NCBI GenBank assembly: GCA_905331295.1
Contig: CAJNYD010000224.1
Location: 277,042-341,041, forward strand
Direction of reading: 5' to 3'
Length of the DNA stretch: 64,000 nt
Source: Rotaria socialis
Lineage: Eukaryota
Of the stretch, positions 51,535 to 64,000 are shown in pieces. Within the stretch, counting starts at the first letter, position 1, and every line of letters starts with the position of its first letter. Below the pieces are notes generated by a model. The model ran no database searches, was not told the origin of the DNA, and worked only from the letters and a program-made list of their open reading frames with translations. The position numbers were made by a program, and so were the translations under genes.

Positions 51535-53471
51535 ATGCAACGCTCTATAATATTTTCTGTTTTAATTGCATGTCTGCTATTAGCAGTACCAATTAGAAGT
51601 CAGGATGAGTATGCCCAATACCACTATAGTTTCGATAATGACACAGTAACAGCAAGTTGTACGAAGCCGAAACCACTGATATTCGAATTAATGTTTGACT
51701 TTTTAACAATGATTAAAGCAGAGTCCGGTAGACGAACACAACAATGTGTGTTGAACGATGAAGGACCTGGATTCATTTCACCGCCAACTATAGCACGACA
51801 TATTTTTGCTGCTATGTCTATTGCATATAACACTCTTGCACGTTATAGCCAACATGCAAATCCAACATTAATGTACGACGGATGGTCACGTATGCCTCAT
51901 GCGCAAACACAAGAACAGGTGCCCAATTGCGTTTATATTTACGGTTTTTATCATATATCGAATTTTCTTATGCCCGAACGAGTGGCAAATTATAGTTTTA
52001 AAGAAAATTATGAAAGAAAGTATGAGTGTAATTTAACAGAAATCTCAGCAACTACAAGTTCGAATTTGGGTTTGGTACAAAGGGATGTTGATCAATTAAA
52101 AGCATACTTAAGAACAGACGGATTTAATCAAGAAGGGTGCTATGCTGATACCTCTAATTATATGTAAGCCTAAAGATAAATACTATTTACTAATAATAAA
52201 AATGTTAGTAAAATAATACATAATGCTAGTTCAGCCCTAATACAACGTTGTGTATAAGCTAATTTTCATAGTCGAAGCTAATATTGAATTTTTTCATACA
52301 TAGAAAGTATTTTCTTTATTTAAATTGATGTAGACCAGCAAGTCCACCATGTTTACTTGACAATAAAACAACAATTGAAATATGCCGAAATTTTTCACAC
52401 ACATATAATACGATATGGAGCTATGGTGAAATTTGGAAAACTGGCTATATTAATAAACCTCGACGCACGTCAGTGCCTCACACACATTTATGCAAACCAT
52501 TTTCTTTAGGGAAGCTGCAAGACTATATGGCTACACCATATTTTGGCGCACCATCTTTCGAAAATGGCACAATAATGAGTTTACCCGAGCAATTTTTAGA
52601 ACTTGTTACTATCCAAGAAGATTTGGGTGTAGATCATGACAAACCAAAACTGATAACTGAATATTGGGCAAGTGGACCAAATACAGCTGGTACATCAGGA
52701 CATTGGCAATCCATAACATTAAACATAATTCGACGTCTCTGCTACGATAACAGTGATGCAATAAAACTTCTTTTTGGTGTTGGTGCTGCTACTTATGATG
52801 CTGGTATTGCTGCTTGGCAAAGCAAACGCTTATATAGTACGGTGCGTCCAGTAGTATACATACCCACCGAACATATGGACACTAGATTTAAAAATCAGTT
52901 TGTCGGTATGTATTGTAATTTTATGGATATTGACGGATGGCAATGGACTCCGTATCTAGAAGAGACAGTAATTACACCTGATTTTCAAGAATATATCAGT
53001 GGACATAGTACATTTAGTCGTGCCGCTGCAGTAGTTCTTGAGGCGTTAACAGGTAGTCCAAATATACCGGGTAATTTATCACTAACAATAAAAGCTGGTC
53101 AATCATTATATCAACCACGATGCAATCAAGCAGATGTGGCTTGTTATAGAAAATGCAGAGTAGATCCTTCATTGGATTCTGAAAACAACTATATTCCAAA
53201 AGTTGATGTAAATCTCGGTCCATGGAGAACCTATCGTGAAATGGCCGATCAAGCATCCATCAGTCGAAAGTACGGGGGTATACATATTGCAGCTGGTGAT
53301 ATACAAGGTCGCATAATTGGGCAAAAAGTCGGTGACATGGTTTCGGCGAAATTATTCGTTTTATTTAATCAAGATCCTACAAAGCCTACAAGCGATTCCA
53401 TGCGTTTACAATTTCACGTTGTGTTCTATCTTATCGCATTAATTTACTATTACGATGAAAAGAACATGTAG
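51535..53471 (+). CDS. Secreted vanadium-dependent haloperoxidase (PAP2/VHPO superfamily, bacterial-type), 588 aa, 2 exons
   Basis: Exons 51535-52163 and 52334-53471 join in frame (YADTSNYI|PASPP). The vanadate-binding motifs are complete: WQSKRLYSTVRP (K, R), PDFQEYISGHSTFS (SGH), SISRKYGGIHIAAGD (R, H). It also has the N-terminal SPPTIARH..A...AYN and YWASGP...GHW segments typical of bacterial VHPOs. Signal peptide MQRSIIFSVLIACLLLAVPIRS and a hydrophobic C-terminal tail. Confidence 0.88.
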
Positions 53472-56195
53472 ACCAATATCAAAAGACTTCCTTGCTAGCT
53501 TAAATAAACCTGCTTTTTAGTTAGAAAAATAAAATAAAAATACCTTACCATTAATATGAAAATGAACCGGGCAAAGATCAATAGACATAATATGAATTTT
53601 TGAATGTCCATATAAAATCGTCGAGTCGAGTGTTGAAATCAAAATATACGACTAGCTGTAGAACATTTGCTTTCAAATGTGCTACTGAGAGTGAAGAATT
53701 AATTTTTTAATTTAGTACTTAACGTTAGAGTGAGGAAATGTGCAGAGAATTTATTTGAGGCTGTTCGCATCGGCAATGTTGTAGGTATAGTGCACATCAA
53801 CGTACTTCTCAGTTTTCAGCGATAATCGTGTGTGGTTAAGGAAATCGTTCACAATGGGAATCTAAGATGGATTCAAACTTTAAAAAGACATGAATACTCG
53901 GCATTCGGCTACATGAAAAACAATGAAAACACAACGACATCGAAATACTCAAATCCAAGTACATGAGCGATCATGCGTACAATTCACTTCACTGCCATTC
54001 AAAATCCAGATAGAAAGCATCTTAGGGGTGTGAAATAATATCGGTATTCACACGTATTCTTTAAGACTTTCTCTTGTCTGCATATGTGTCATTTGCTTTC
54101 AGAAAGCTGAAATGAAAACTTCATAGTCAGTTGTGAGACTTGAGCTGTCAGCCAAATCGATTTATCGGAATATTAACTTGAATTTTGCAACATATTGATG
54201 AATAGAATTGGAGAGATGATTTCAAAAATGAATGAACAACATTAACCTGATATTACCCTCAAGCATATTGTCTCAAGATTCTGCAAAAAATCCGTAATGA
54301 TTTATTTATTAAAACTTTTATTTGGTAACTCATCTATAGAGTTTGTAGAACATGAGAGAAAATAATGTTCATGATCATGATGATGCTACAGAGAAATTGC
54401 TTGTCTATATATTCATAGATGCTCTGTACATTCAATCGATCAACTTTTCCGAGACAGCTGGAAAATATGTAAAATATCAAAACAAGAGACGCATTCAAGA
54501 AAATAGTCAGTTCGTGTCAAAGCTATGTTTATCATGCTCCATAATTTTACTTGATACATGTACTAATTTGAATGGAAATTATTTTTCAGACTTCTATCTA
54601 TTGAATGCTATAATAGCAATTCTAGTTTCTGCTAAGTGATTATAATGGGAAAATTCTATTTGAATATCTATATTTCTTTGAGTAGATAATAGATTTTTGG
54701 TTTATTTGCATTTAAGAAGGCTTTTATATCGTAATTTAGTTACTGAAATAATGCATAAGATTATGTAAAATTCTGCTTGTACATCCGTGTCCTAGTTGAA
54801 TTCTGCTGCAAAACTCGAAAAGAGATATTATGTGACAGTTTCAGCAGCACGATCAGCATCATGTTTTTGCTGCTTCATCGTAGGACTCTTTTATTTTCTA
54901 GCTTATGCGTGTAAAATAACACTTCAGTTGATACATTTAATCTTTTCTATTATTTCATCAATCTGTCGTTTGTAAAGTGAGCTACCTTTCTTCGAATTTT
55001 GATAAGAGCATTTTACGATCCTTATCACTTCCTGTATTTACCATCTTAAAAGAAAAAAAATATGTCAAAATAAAAACGTTTATTAAGCAACATAGAGGTT
55101 CATGCACTCTTAATGTTATAGCCGTATCATAAGAATTGTAAGAAGGTTAGTGGGAGTTTTTTTTTGCGTGACTCTTGTGCAGCATTCGACCGAAGTCGCT
55201 GAATTTTCATTTCGGATATTTTTAAATAGATAGACCAAAATTGTATTCATTCTGCTCAATCAAATCTTATTGGTCCATTCGTGATAAACATAGTCAGAAA
55301 ATAAATAAAATTCATCATTAACGTCTAATGTTGAATCTTTTTGAAAAGTTTTGCACGATTACCACGGGTTATTTTCTTGTTTTGTATGTGTTGACAAAAA
55401 AGAAAACACTGCGAGAGACTTCGATATCTATATTGTTTATCTAACTTGGCCACATTCTTACATTTTTGCTATCGCCTTTTCAGTGTCATTATCTATTATT
55501 TTCCCTTCCAAGCAAACTTAGAAGATCAATTGTACTGTCAACACACGGCACTGAGTTAAGTTTGTGCAGTAATTCATTTTTTGAATGAAAAACATTGTGT
55601 TTTATGATTTTATTAGGTTTCAGACTTGATTCAAACAATCAAGTTCTCTTGCTAAAAATGAAGCAACACTATTTTTACTGTTTTATCAATGCTTGTTAAA
55701 TATTTTAGTATCAACGAGATATCGAAACTAAGAACAACAAAATTGATATATAGCAAAATTGAGATATGAGTCAACCTTTTACCTTTCTATGAAAGATAGT
55801 AGATTATGAAAAACTATTACAACGTGATGGACCTTAGGTGAGAATTCATGTGAGAATAAAGCAGTAACTCAAGCTGTCAAGAAATAGAGTGAATAGGCGC
55901 CTCTTTAAGAGATTATTTATTCGAATATGAATTAAATGTCCATAACTGATATTTTGTTCAAAATTCATTTAGTATTTATGAGGAAATAGAGTATAGCAGA
56001 AAGAAAGCACTACACGCTCTATGGTGAACGAAAAGCTCGATTTTCGGTTCTGCTGCTTTAACAATTTGAGCTCATGCATCTTTTTTTTAAGGTATTCAAT
56101 AGATTGCTTTGCTGTCAAATTGATGAGACTGAATTTATACTTGTTTTCTTAAATTATTTTCTTACCTACCAAAGTACCCTTGATCGCTTGATAGC

Positions 56196-59100
56196 ATGAT
56201 AATGAACCCAACAAACGCGCAACTTCCATATGCTACAGTATTGGGTAGGTAGATTTCTCTTAAAACAAGAATGATTGCCATTTGGTCATCTTTATTTTTT
56301 TTTCGCGCGACGAAAAGCTGCAGAGCCTCATGATGTTATGTCGACCAAGTGAGCTTTTCATTTTTTTCTTTCATTAACTAAAAATACAAGTTTTGAACTT
56401 TTCCTCGGCAGTGTTCCTTCTGAGTCAAACAATAAGCTCCTAGCAGCTGAAATTACATTGCAGGAACTTCTGAATGAACCGTACAAATTCGTTCCATCTC
56501 ATATTCGCAAGTACACAGATCATTTGCCACAAGACAAACCAATGTCAATTGAAGAAATAGCCCAAATACTCAATACTCAACCTTTCATTGTCAGTCGTCT
56601 TATTCGTGCTCTCAGTTTGTCATCTGTCAACGAAGATGAAACTTGGTTAAATATAAGTGTAGTGCAAAAGCTCATACGTATTTTCAACAGCACTATTGAT
56701 GTACGTTGTCTGTTATTGTTCAAGATGCTCGATGCCAATAATGATCATTACGTGAGTAGAGGCGAACTGTCGCGCTTCTATACATCTTGTTTGGAAACTA
56801 TAAAATACGTTGAAACTTCTCGAGTACCATCTGTCATTGAAATACTTCTAAAAAGATATCATCTGAATAAAGTAAGTTCTTTCACATATCAATCTTAAGA
56901 GACAGTAAGGTTTTCGTTGTATTCCTTTCAGAAGCGACGAATACGCTTTGACGAGTTCTACTCGATTGTAATGAATGACGAAATTTTATTAGAGTCTCTA
57001 GCTATATTCACCGATTTTCCTACATGGGTTAGTATCGTGAAGCCGTCTCCTATTCGTCAAAATATAATTCAAAGATACTTTATGGGTTGTTGCCAGCAAG
57101 ATTACAACAACGAGGAGCTAACCAGAAAAATTACTTTTGATCGTTTAAAAGATAATGTGCCACGTGTAATTGCGGTTCTTCTCTACATCTTGGTGAATAT
57201 TGCATTAATGCTATATGTTATAATCTATCGCGTAGTTGTAACCAAAGCAAATGTGTTTGTTGTATTTGCACGAATTGGTGGAATGTTATTGAATTTGAAT
57301 TGCTCATTGATCATTGTGGTAATGCTGAGAAGATCTATTTTCCTCATTCGTGCTACCCCGCTGCATAGATTTTTGCCTATCGATGATCATATTGATTTTC
57401 ATAAATTCTTGGGTCGTTTTATCGGAGCATTATCTATTCTACATACGCTTGCGCATGCAATCAACTTTGGTATAACGAAAGGTGAGTCTGTTATATTAGA
57501 TAAGCTGGTCTATAGTTACGATCATTTTTGAATAATTTCTAGGTTATTCCTGGCCCGTATTCATGGTAATTGAGGAGTCAAACTAATTTTTATTATTATA
57601 TTCAGTCTATTATAGTTTACCACACGCCCAAACGTAGGCTGGATTGGTGGATTTGCACCACTCAGTGGTGTCATTTTGTGTATCATCCTCTTAGTGATGA
57701 TTATCTGCTCTATGCATTGGATCCGACGTGGTGGACACTTTCAAGTGAGTGCAATAAATATATATGTTCATTCTGATTGCTTTTTTATTGTAACGTACTT
57801 TATCACTTAAGGTATTTTATTGGACTCACCTTCTTTACATACCTTTCTTTGCCTTTTTGATATTTCATGCGACAAACTTTTGGGTTCGTTCATATTTTTT
57901 GCAGTTTATTTGTCGCTAACTGTTGCCCATTGCATTATAGAAATGGGCTATTGGTCCACTCACTCTCTTATTTCTCGAAAAGCTGTACTCATTTTGTACA
58001 CGGTATTGGGCTAACCGAGGTCGAACATATCTTCTTTCAGCTACTATTGAGCAATCAAATGTAGAGGGACTATTCAAAAAATATGCTTCTGATTTATTTT
58101 GACAAACGACCGATTTACAACACGCCGTAGAGTTTTATTGGCGATGCAATTTTATGCGATTTAACCAAAACTGTTTTTTTAACATGAAAATACAATTTCT
58201 AGCATGATGTTTCCAAACATGCAGATTTCAAGAGATTAATTGGAAAAAAAGAATTATTATACATTACTATTGAAGGAAATAGCGAGACTATATCATTGTC
58301 CACTATCTTTTTTAGAAGTAGTATGAATGATGTACGATTCGATTAGTTTCAACAGGCCGTTAGATATATTTGGAGATATCTTCTCTCTCTCTGTTCCTCA
58401 ATATAACAATTTCACATGTAGCCAAGATTTAAGTCTACAAATTAGAATGGGTTCATCGTGTTTCACATTTTAGTCTACATAGATTACGCTAAAAGCTTTA
58501 AATAGACGAAGAAAAAAAAATAAGTAGAAACCGATTTGCTATTTTAATAAACGAGATTATATCATACTATTCATTCAGACTGATTTTAACACTTCGACGT
58601 TATTTGAAACTCTTTTTGTGCATCTAAATCAAAGAAAATTGAGTAATACTGTTACTAATAGTTTTTAATAGATATTCACTTACAATATTTAATGAATATT
58701 AATTTTTTTACAATCAATTGCAATGAAATATTTGGCTCAATATTGAAAGGATCTAGATGAGTTTTTATTGATTATACAATGATATCTATTAAAATCATGT
58801 TATCGATAGTTTTATCTTCTGATAAAACACAGAGTTATCAGCTCAAAGCGAATTCTATCTTTCTGAAACATTTGAACCGATTTCTGTTCGATATTCAACA
58901 TAACCTTTGATGCTTCTCAAATTTGAACTGGAATGTTAAGTGCTCGAAAGATTCTGAGGCACTTTTCAATGTTATGAGAAAATTCAAAGTAAAAAATAAT
59001 ACCGACTAATTATAGTTTACTCATACAGCTCGACCTAGAAACATAATGAGTATTGTTCAAGATGCGTGTTATTTTGTTTTCAGTTCTTCTTCATGTTATT

Positions 59101-60303
59101 ATATACAGAATTATCGAAGTCCCTTAGGCAGTCAACGCTGTATTCGTTGCAATTACCACTGTTCTAATCTAAATTTGTCAAAGAAATCTTTCTTCATGCG
59201 TGGATGTCCTTTGAGGATGAGTCTGGTAAGCTTGACTATTCATCGGCCTAAATATTTCACGTAAGTACCTGTATAAAAAAACTGATCTTCATATCACTAG
59301 TTTTAGATTCAAACCGGGTGATTACATTTTTATTAATATCCCTCAAGTTGCTAATTATGAATATCATCCATTCACAATCACTAGTGCTCCGGAGGAACTA
59401 GGATATATACGTGTACATATTCAAGCAGTAGGAAATTGGACGAAGAAAGTATATGAGAGGTTCAAAATCATTTCAGAAAATAGCACCAGTGGAGGTGCAT
59501 TTCACGTTTATCGAGCTGATCAAAGAGCAGCTGTAAATGTGAATGACAAAATAACGACGATCAGTATAAATATTCCAATAGAATGTGAAGATCAAGGAGG
59601 GGGAGTGAATGATAATCTCTCAGGCTCTTCGACAACAGACGAAATGGTTCAACAGTCAAGAGAGAAAATTATTCTCAACGGACCCTATTCAACCTGTGCT
59701 CGGTATATATTCGACTGTAATCATGCTCTTCTCATAGGAGCTGGCATCGGCATTACTCCATATGCGTCAATTCTCTCGAGTCTTATGGTTCAATTTAGAG
59801 AGAATCGGGTGACTTGCAATCATTGCCAAAAAGTTAACTACCCAGAAAAGAATCTTTGGGACAATCAGCGCTTAAAAAAAGTCGATTTTATTTGGGTGAC
59901 ACCAGATTCGAAGAGTTTCGAATGGTTCCTTGATCTTCTTTGCCAATTTGAAAAAGATCAAGCAGAATATTTAAAATCGAACACTAATAAGAGTCGTTTC
60001 CTTAATATACAATTGTATTTTACAGGAATCAAGGAAAATAGAAGTGTTGATCAAGTTTTGCGTCATCAAGTGACGAACATATGGGCAGACGAGATGGGCT
60101 CCGATATATTTACTGGTTTAAAATCACCCACAAATTTCGGTCGGCCTGACTGGGAAAAATTACTTCGATCTATGACTTCAGGTGACAATAGTTCTACTGC
60201 AAAAGATATCAATGTATTTTTCTGTGGTCCTAAGAGTATGGGAAAAAAAATTCAGCATCATTGTGTTGACTTTGGAATTCGTTATTACGAAGAGAAGTTT
60301 TGA
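56196..60303 (+). CDS. EF-hand-containing NADPH oxidase (NOX5-like), about 9 exons
   Basis: Exons at about 56196-56248, 56412-56870, 56932-57481, 57543-57565, 57617-57744, 57812-57883, 57941-58060, ?-59260 and 59307-60303. EF-hand FKMLDANNDHYVSRGEL. Heme His pairs DFHKFLG...LHTLAH and YWTHLLY...IFHA. FAD motifs FKPGDY and HPFTITSAP. NADPH motifs GAGIGITP, FGRPDW, FFCGP and terminal EEKF. The acceptor of the exon ending at 59260 is unclear. Confidence 0.9.
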
Positions 60304-63300
60304 ACTCATATATCAAATTTATTATATTCATTGACGAAAAGGCGTGGCATAAAGAATATTTACTTAATATTTTAAGTAGTATCATCAGACAGTATTGTTT
60401 TATTTTATCCAATCTTACGTTTATTTAGATAGTTCTTCTTTTCTTATTAATAAAACGATCAATTTAATCATGTTCATAGCAAGTAAAAATTTTACTATGT
60501 TTTGAGAAGTGGCTGCTTAGAAATCTCGAAGGTGTAGAGCAAAAATGATTCGTAACTTGAACTTTCAGCTTTATAAATACTGAAGATTATAGTCGATGCA
60601 ATCACTAAATCTAATCATAAAAACTACATGTTTAAGGTAGTTTTAAACTTGAAATTTGCGATTAATTATTGAAGAATTTTCAGTTAGTTCGATTTTTGAT
60701 TCGATTAATTGTGGCACTTCTATTTAGATGAAGCGAGTAACTGTGCATCTACAATTTAGATATCTAGATACCGAATTATCAAATTGAGCTGTAAGTTTAA
60801 CATTAATCAAGACTTCGATGTACCGTTAATATTTATGTGGCACACGTGTCGCTATCCATAAACATATCTTGCTAGATTTTCAAGTCTATGAAATGCTCAA
60901 GTCTAATTAAATATTTCAATATCTAAATTTTATGTTTTCAGTTGTATAATAAGCGAACTCAAATGTATAGAAAGTCGTGGAAATCCTCACACCCACATCC
61001 TTGCTCACAGAGAATGTGATGCAAAGTATAAAAGGCTGTAGTTGAAAAAATATAAATGATATATTCAGCACGGCATTTTGTGTGACTAGAACAAAATAGT
61101 TCATACGTTGACAAAATATTGCATAGGCTACTCTATATTGCGTTCGGTTCAGGAATAGAGCTATTTTTCAATAGAAATCCATGACTACAACGAAGTAATA
61201 ATGCTTAACAGAATCTGCAGATGATTGCAATGCACATTAGAAGTTATCGAAACGGTTTCTGTTTCAAAAACAAAATCAAATTCCTGGATAATTGACAGTT
61301 GAAAAGGTTCTCTGAAATTATTCAACTGCTTTTTTTTACAACTTTCAACGTGTATCATATGCATATGTTTTAGATCGCTTTTACCGCATCGAACAAGAGT
61401 CACAAACTTGATGTAATGTTTTATTATCTTATCTTGGTAGAAAATGAAAATGCATGCGCTTCCTTTTTTTTGTTCTTTATTGATCTTCGATAAGCGCAGA
61501 AAAAGACCTTACGAACGACACTAAAAAGCGCCTTTACAGTCATAATCGAGTTGAATACAGTTCAGGGATAGAATTTTTTCTCTTTCGTTTATATACTCTC
61601 TGTTCATTGTCTAATTTGGGAGTCAATGCACTGAAAAATATGTCGTAAATTCTATATTTGGATCCTTGAGTAGGTTGCGACATCGCATAGTTCCTGTTCA
61701 AACTTCTAGCGACGTAAAGTATGTCCAAAATTTTAATTCTGGTTCAATCAACTCCTACCTCAAATGGTAGATATCTCAAGGTAATTCAAAGCTAGAAAGC
61801 GATTGACTCTGTGATCGAACAGTAAAAGATTCGAACGGCTCCACTGCAATTGTGTATCACAATCATTCGTGTGAGAGAAAGACAGATTGAAAATTTATGA
61901 TCTCGTCTTAATCTTTAAATTGATATTATGGTCATTAAATAGTCGTAAACATTTCGTGGAAAATGCACCTCAGTTTTCGAGATATACAATATCTAAATGA
62001 GCTGCATCATGGTGCTTTCTTGCAGTTCAATGACTTTTTTTCTTTTTCTCAAACGCCATTTATCGACAAATATAGATACAATTTCGTTGAAGTTAGCATG
62101 TCGATCAACTAATGGGAAAATTTATGTATAGATGAAACTTTAGACGCCAACCGTATGTATTATATTCTTTTCTGAGATTATTACTGAAATGTTTAATAAA
62201 ATGGTCATAAGCGCTGTGTTGCTACAGCTAGGAGATTTTGTTACCGATGGTATTGTCGGTATAAACCGATCTTACAGGTTTTGATTCCATTGAAGATCGA
62301 TCTAAATCATCCCACACCATTATCACCCTATGATAGTTTGGTAAGCCGCTAGATTCTCTACGGTAATGCATTTGTGGAACGCCGTCTTCAGTGAATATCA
62401 ATTTATATAGCATTCATCTTTCCAAGAGCTCTTCACAAGTCACAACAAGCATAGAGCAACTTTTGTCAATTATCAATTAATCTGTGAACACTTAGGAATT
62501 TTTCAGACGGAAAGCACATGGAAATTGTGTACACCAGAGTAGCTTGAGGCTAAGTCGGAGCTGTTCTTGAAAATAGTTTAGTCATATCAAATCTTGTTGT
62601 AAGAAGAGTTATGATCATATAGTTTGGAATTGATTCTTCTATTTTCTGTCTGTAACGCCAAAATCATTTCATGATAAATCATAGATACTCAGATTTTTAA
62701 TGACAATGCACCATTTGAGTCTTTGAGTTAGACAAATTTTTCTTGGAGTGAATTCAAACGAGTACACTCATAAAATAACTTAATATTTGAATTCAATTAG
62801 TCAAGAAGCTCGAGAGGAAAGCTTGATATAGACCTAACTTTTGACTATAGTATATTAATCGAGTTTTTTCTTTCGTAGATTCAGGTGACAGCTAGCATAG
62901 CTTGATAATTTTGTTGTTTTAAAAACTTTCAATAGTTTTTCACTAGTTTTGATACTGATCGAGGTTGTTCAAATTTCATAAGGTGACAAAATCTATATAA
63001 TCTCAGTACACAGAATGAAATTCTTCTCAGACTAAGAAATTTTGAATTTATTGTAGATATTTTCTGACTTGTTCAAATTACAATGACGAATAGTCATTTC
63101 ATTTTCTTTCAATAAAATAACTTTACATCTTAGTTAAGTATAGCAGATATGTATTTTATTAGTATTCGCTTAACAGAAATATTTTAATTAATGTACCTGC
63201 ATGAAAACAATCTTTTATATCAATAAACTTGTTTTATAATGAATTTTCTGAGAGAAATCTTTGAGAAACTTGAGTTCCTCTACATTAATCTATCAGAAAA

Positions 63301-64000
63301 GATGCTCGAATATAGTTCTCGAACGAAGTAAACATCGAGTACTTATGAAAATAAATGTAAGAGTAAAACAAAATGTGAACATTTTTTTAAAATTTTAACA
63401 TTCAGGGAATTCTATGGAAATTGGAAGAAAAGTTATATTGCTTAGTCTTTTTATACTACTACAATCAATATACGTTTCATACTTATGAACCGAAGAATGA
63501 ACAGATTGAGAAAGTAACACTGCTACAGAGACAAAACATAAATTTTCGCTTCACATAGCGTTTTACTTGAACAGACTCAATGATTTTTGCTATCTGATGA
63601 CATCTATCATCCAAAAATATACGTTCAAATTTATCTCTTTCATATATGTTTTATTATCATCCCGATTGGCTTTATCAATCGACCGATTTACATATAGATT
63701 GATGTTCATTTCTTATTTTTGTTTATCGTCTGATCAGTTCTAGTTGATTTGTCTTTGACCGCGATTGTCGCTATCGTTATTATAGATCGCTTGTTTCATT
63801 TTCACTTTACTTTACTTTTCTGTGCCATTAATAAATAAACAAATTGATATACAAAGTTCGAACACTTTTCAGATGAATCCAATCAAACCAAATCACCCTA
63901 TTGCACAAGCTGATGAATTTATCGATAATGAACCAAATGAGAAGTTGAGTAGTGTCGTTTTGGCACCTTTTTGGTCTTGGAAAGGTTTGCGTACTCGATG

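Noticed and set aside
60900..62600. Cluster of short minus-strand ORFs suggesting a decayed gene
   Set aside because: Could not be joined by splice sites into a coherent frame and no family was recognised.

Overview
AT-rich eukaryotic genomic DNA with short GT-AG introns of about 50-60 nt. The intron size, transposon density and several microbial-type genes carrying introns suggest a bdelloid rotifer (inference, not proven). Genes supported by manual splicing: a 12-exon coiled-coil gene with two WGRxGGGAP motifs (CSPP1-like), an ARM-like/TIR/SAM gene (1-nt frameshift near the 5' end), an HSL-family esterase (1-nt frameshift), an HPP-family membrane protein, an orphan 110-aa type I membrane protein missed by the ORF track, a head-to-head inverted pair of secreted DUF302 genes, a secreted vanadium-dependent haloperoxidase, and an EF-hand NADPH oxidase (NOX5-like) about 2.7 kb downstream of it on the same strand. 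Mobile DNA includes an intact DD37D Tc1/mariner transposon, several hAT-like elements with 8-bp TSDs (one splits a 159-bp tandem array exactly), a CACTG-ended element, a foldback element inside the TIR gene intron, and TA-flanked MITEs. The best candidate for an undescribed system is the haloperoxidase plus NOX5 pair, a possible animal H2O2-to-hypohalous-acid module built on a horizontally acquired non-heme peroxidase.
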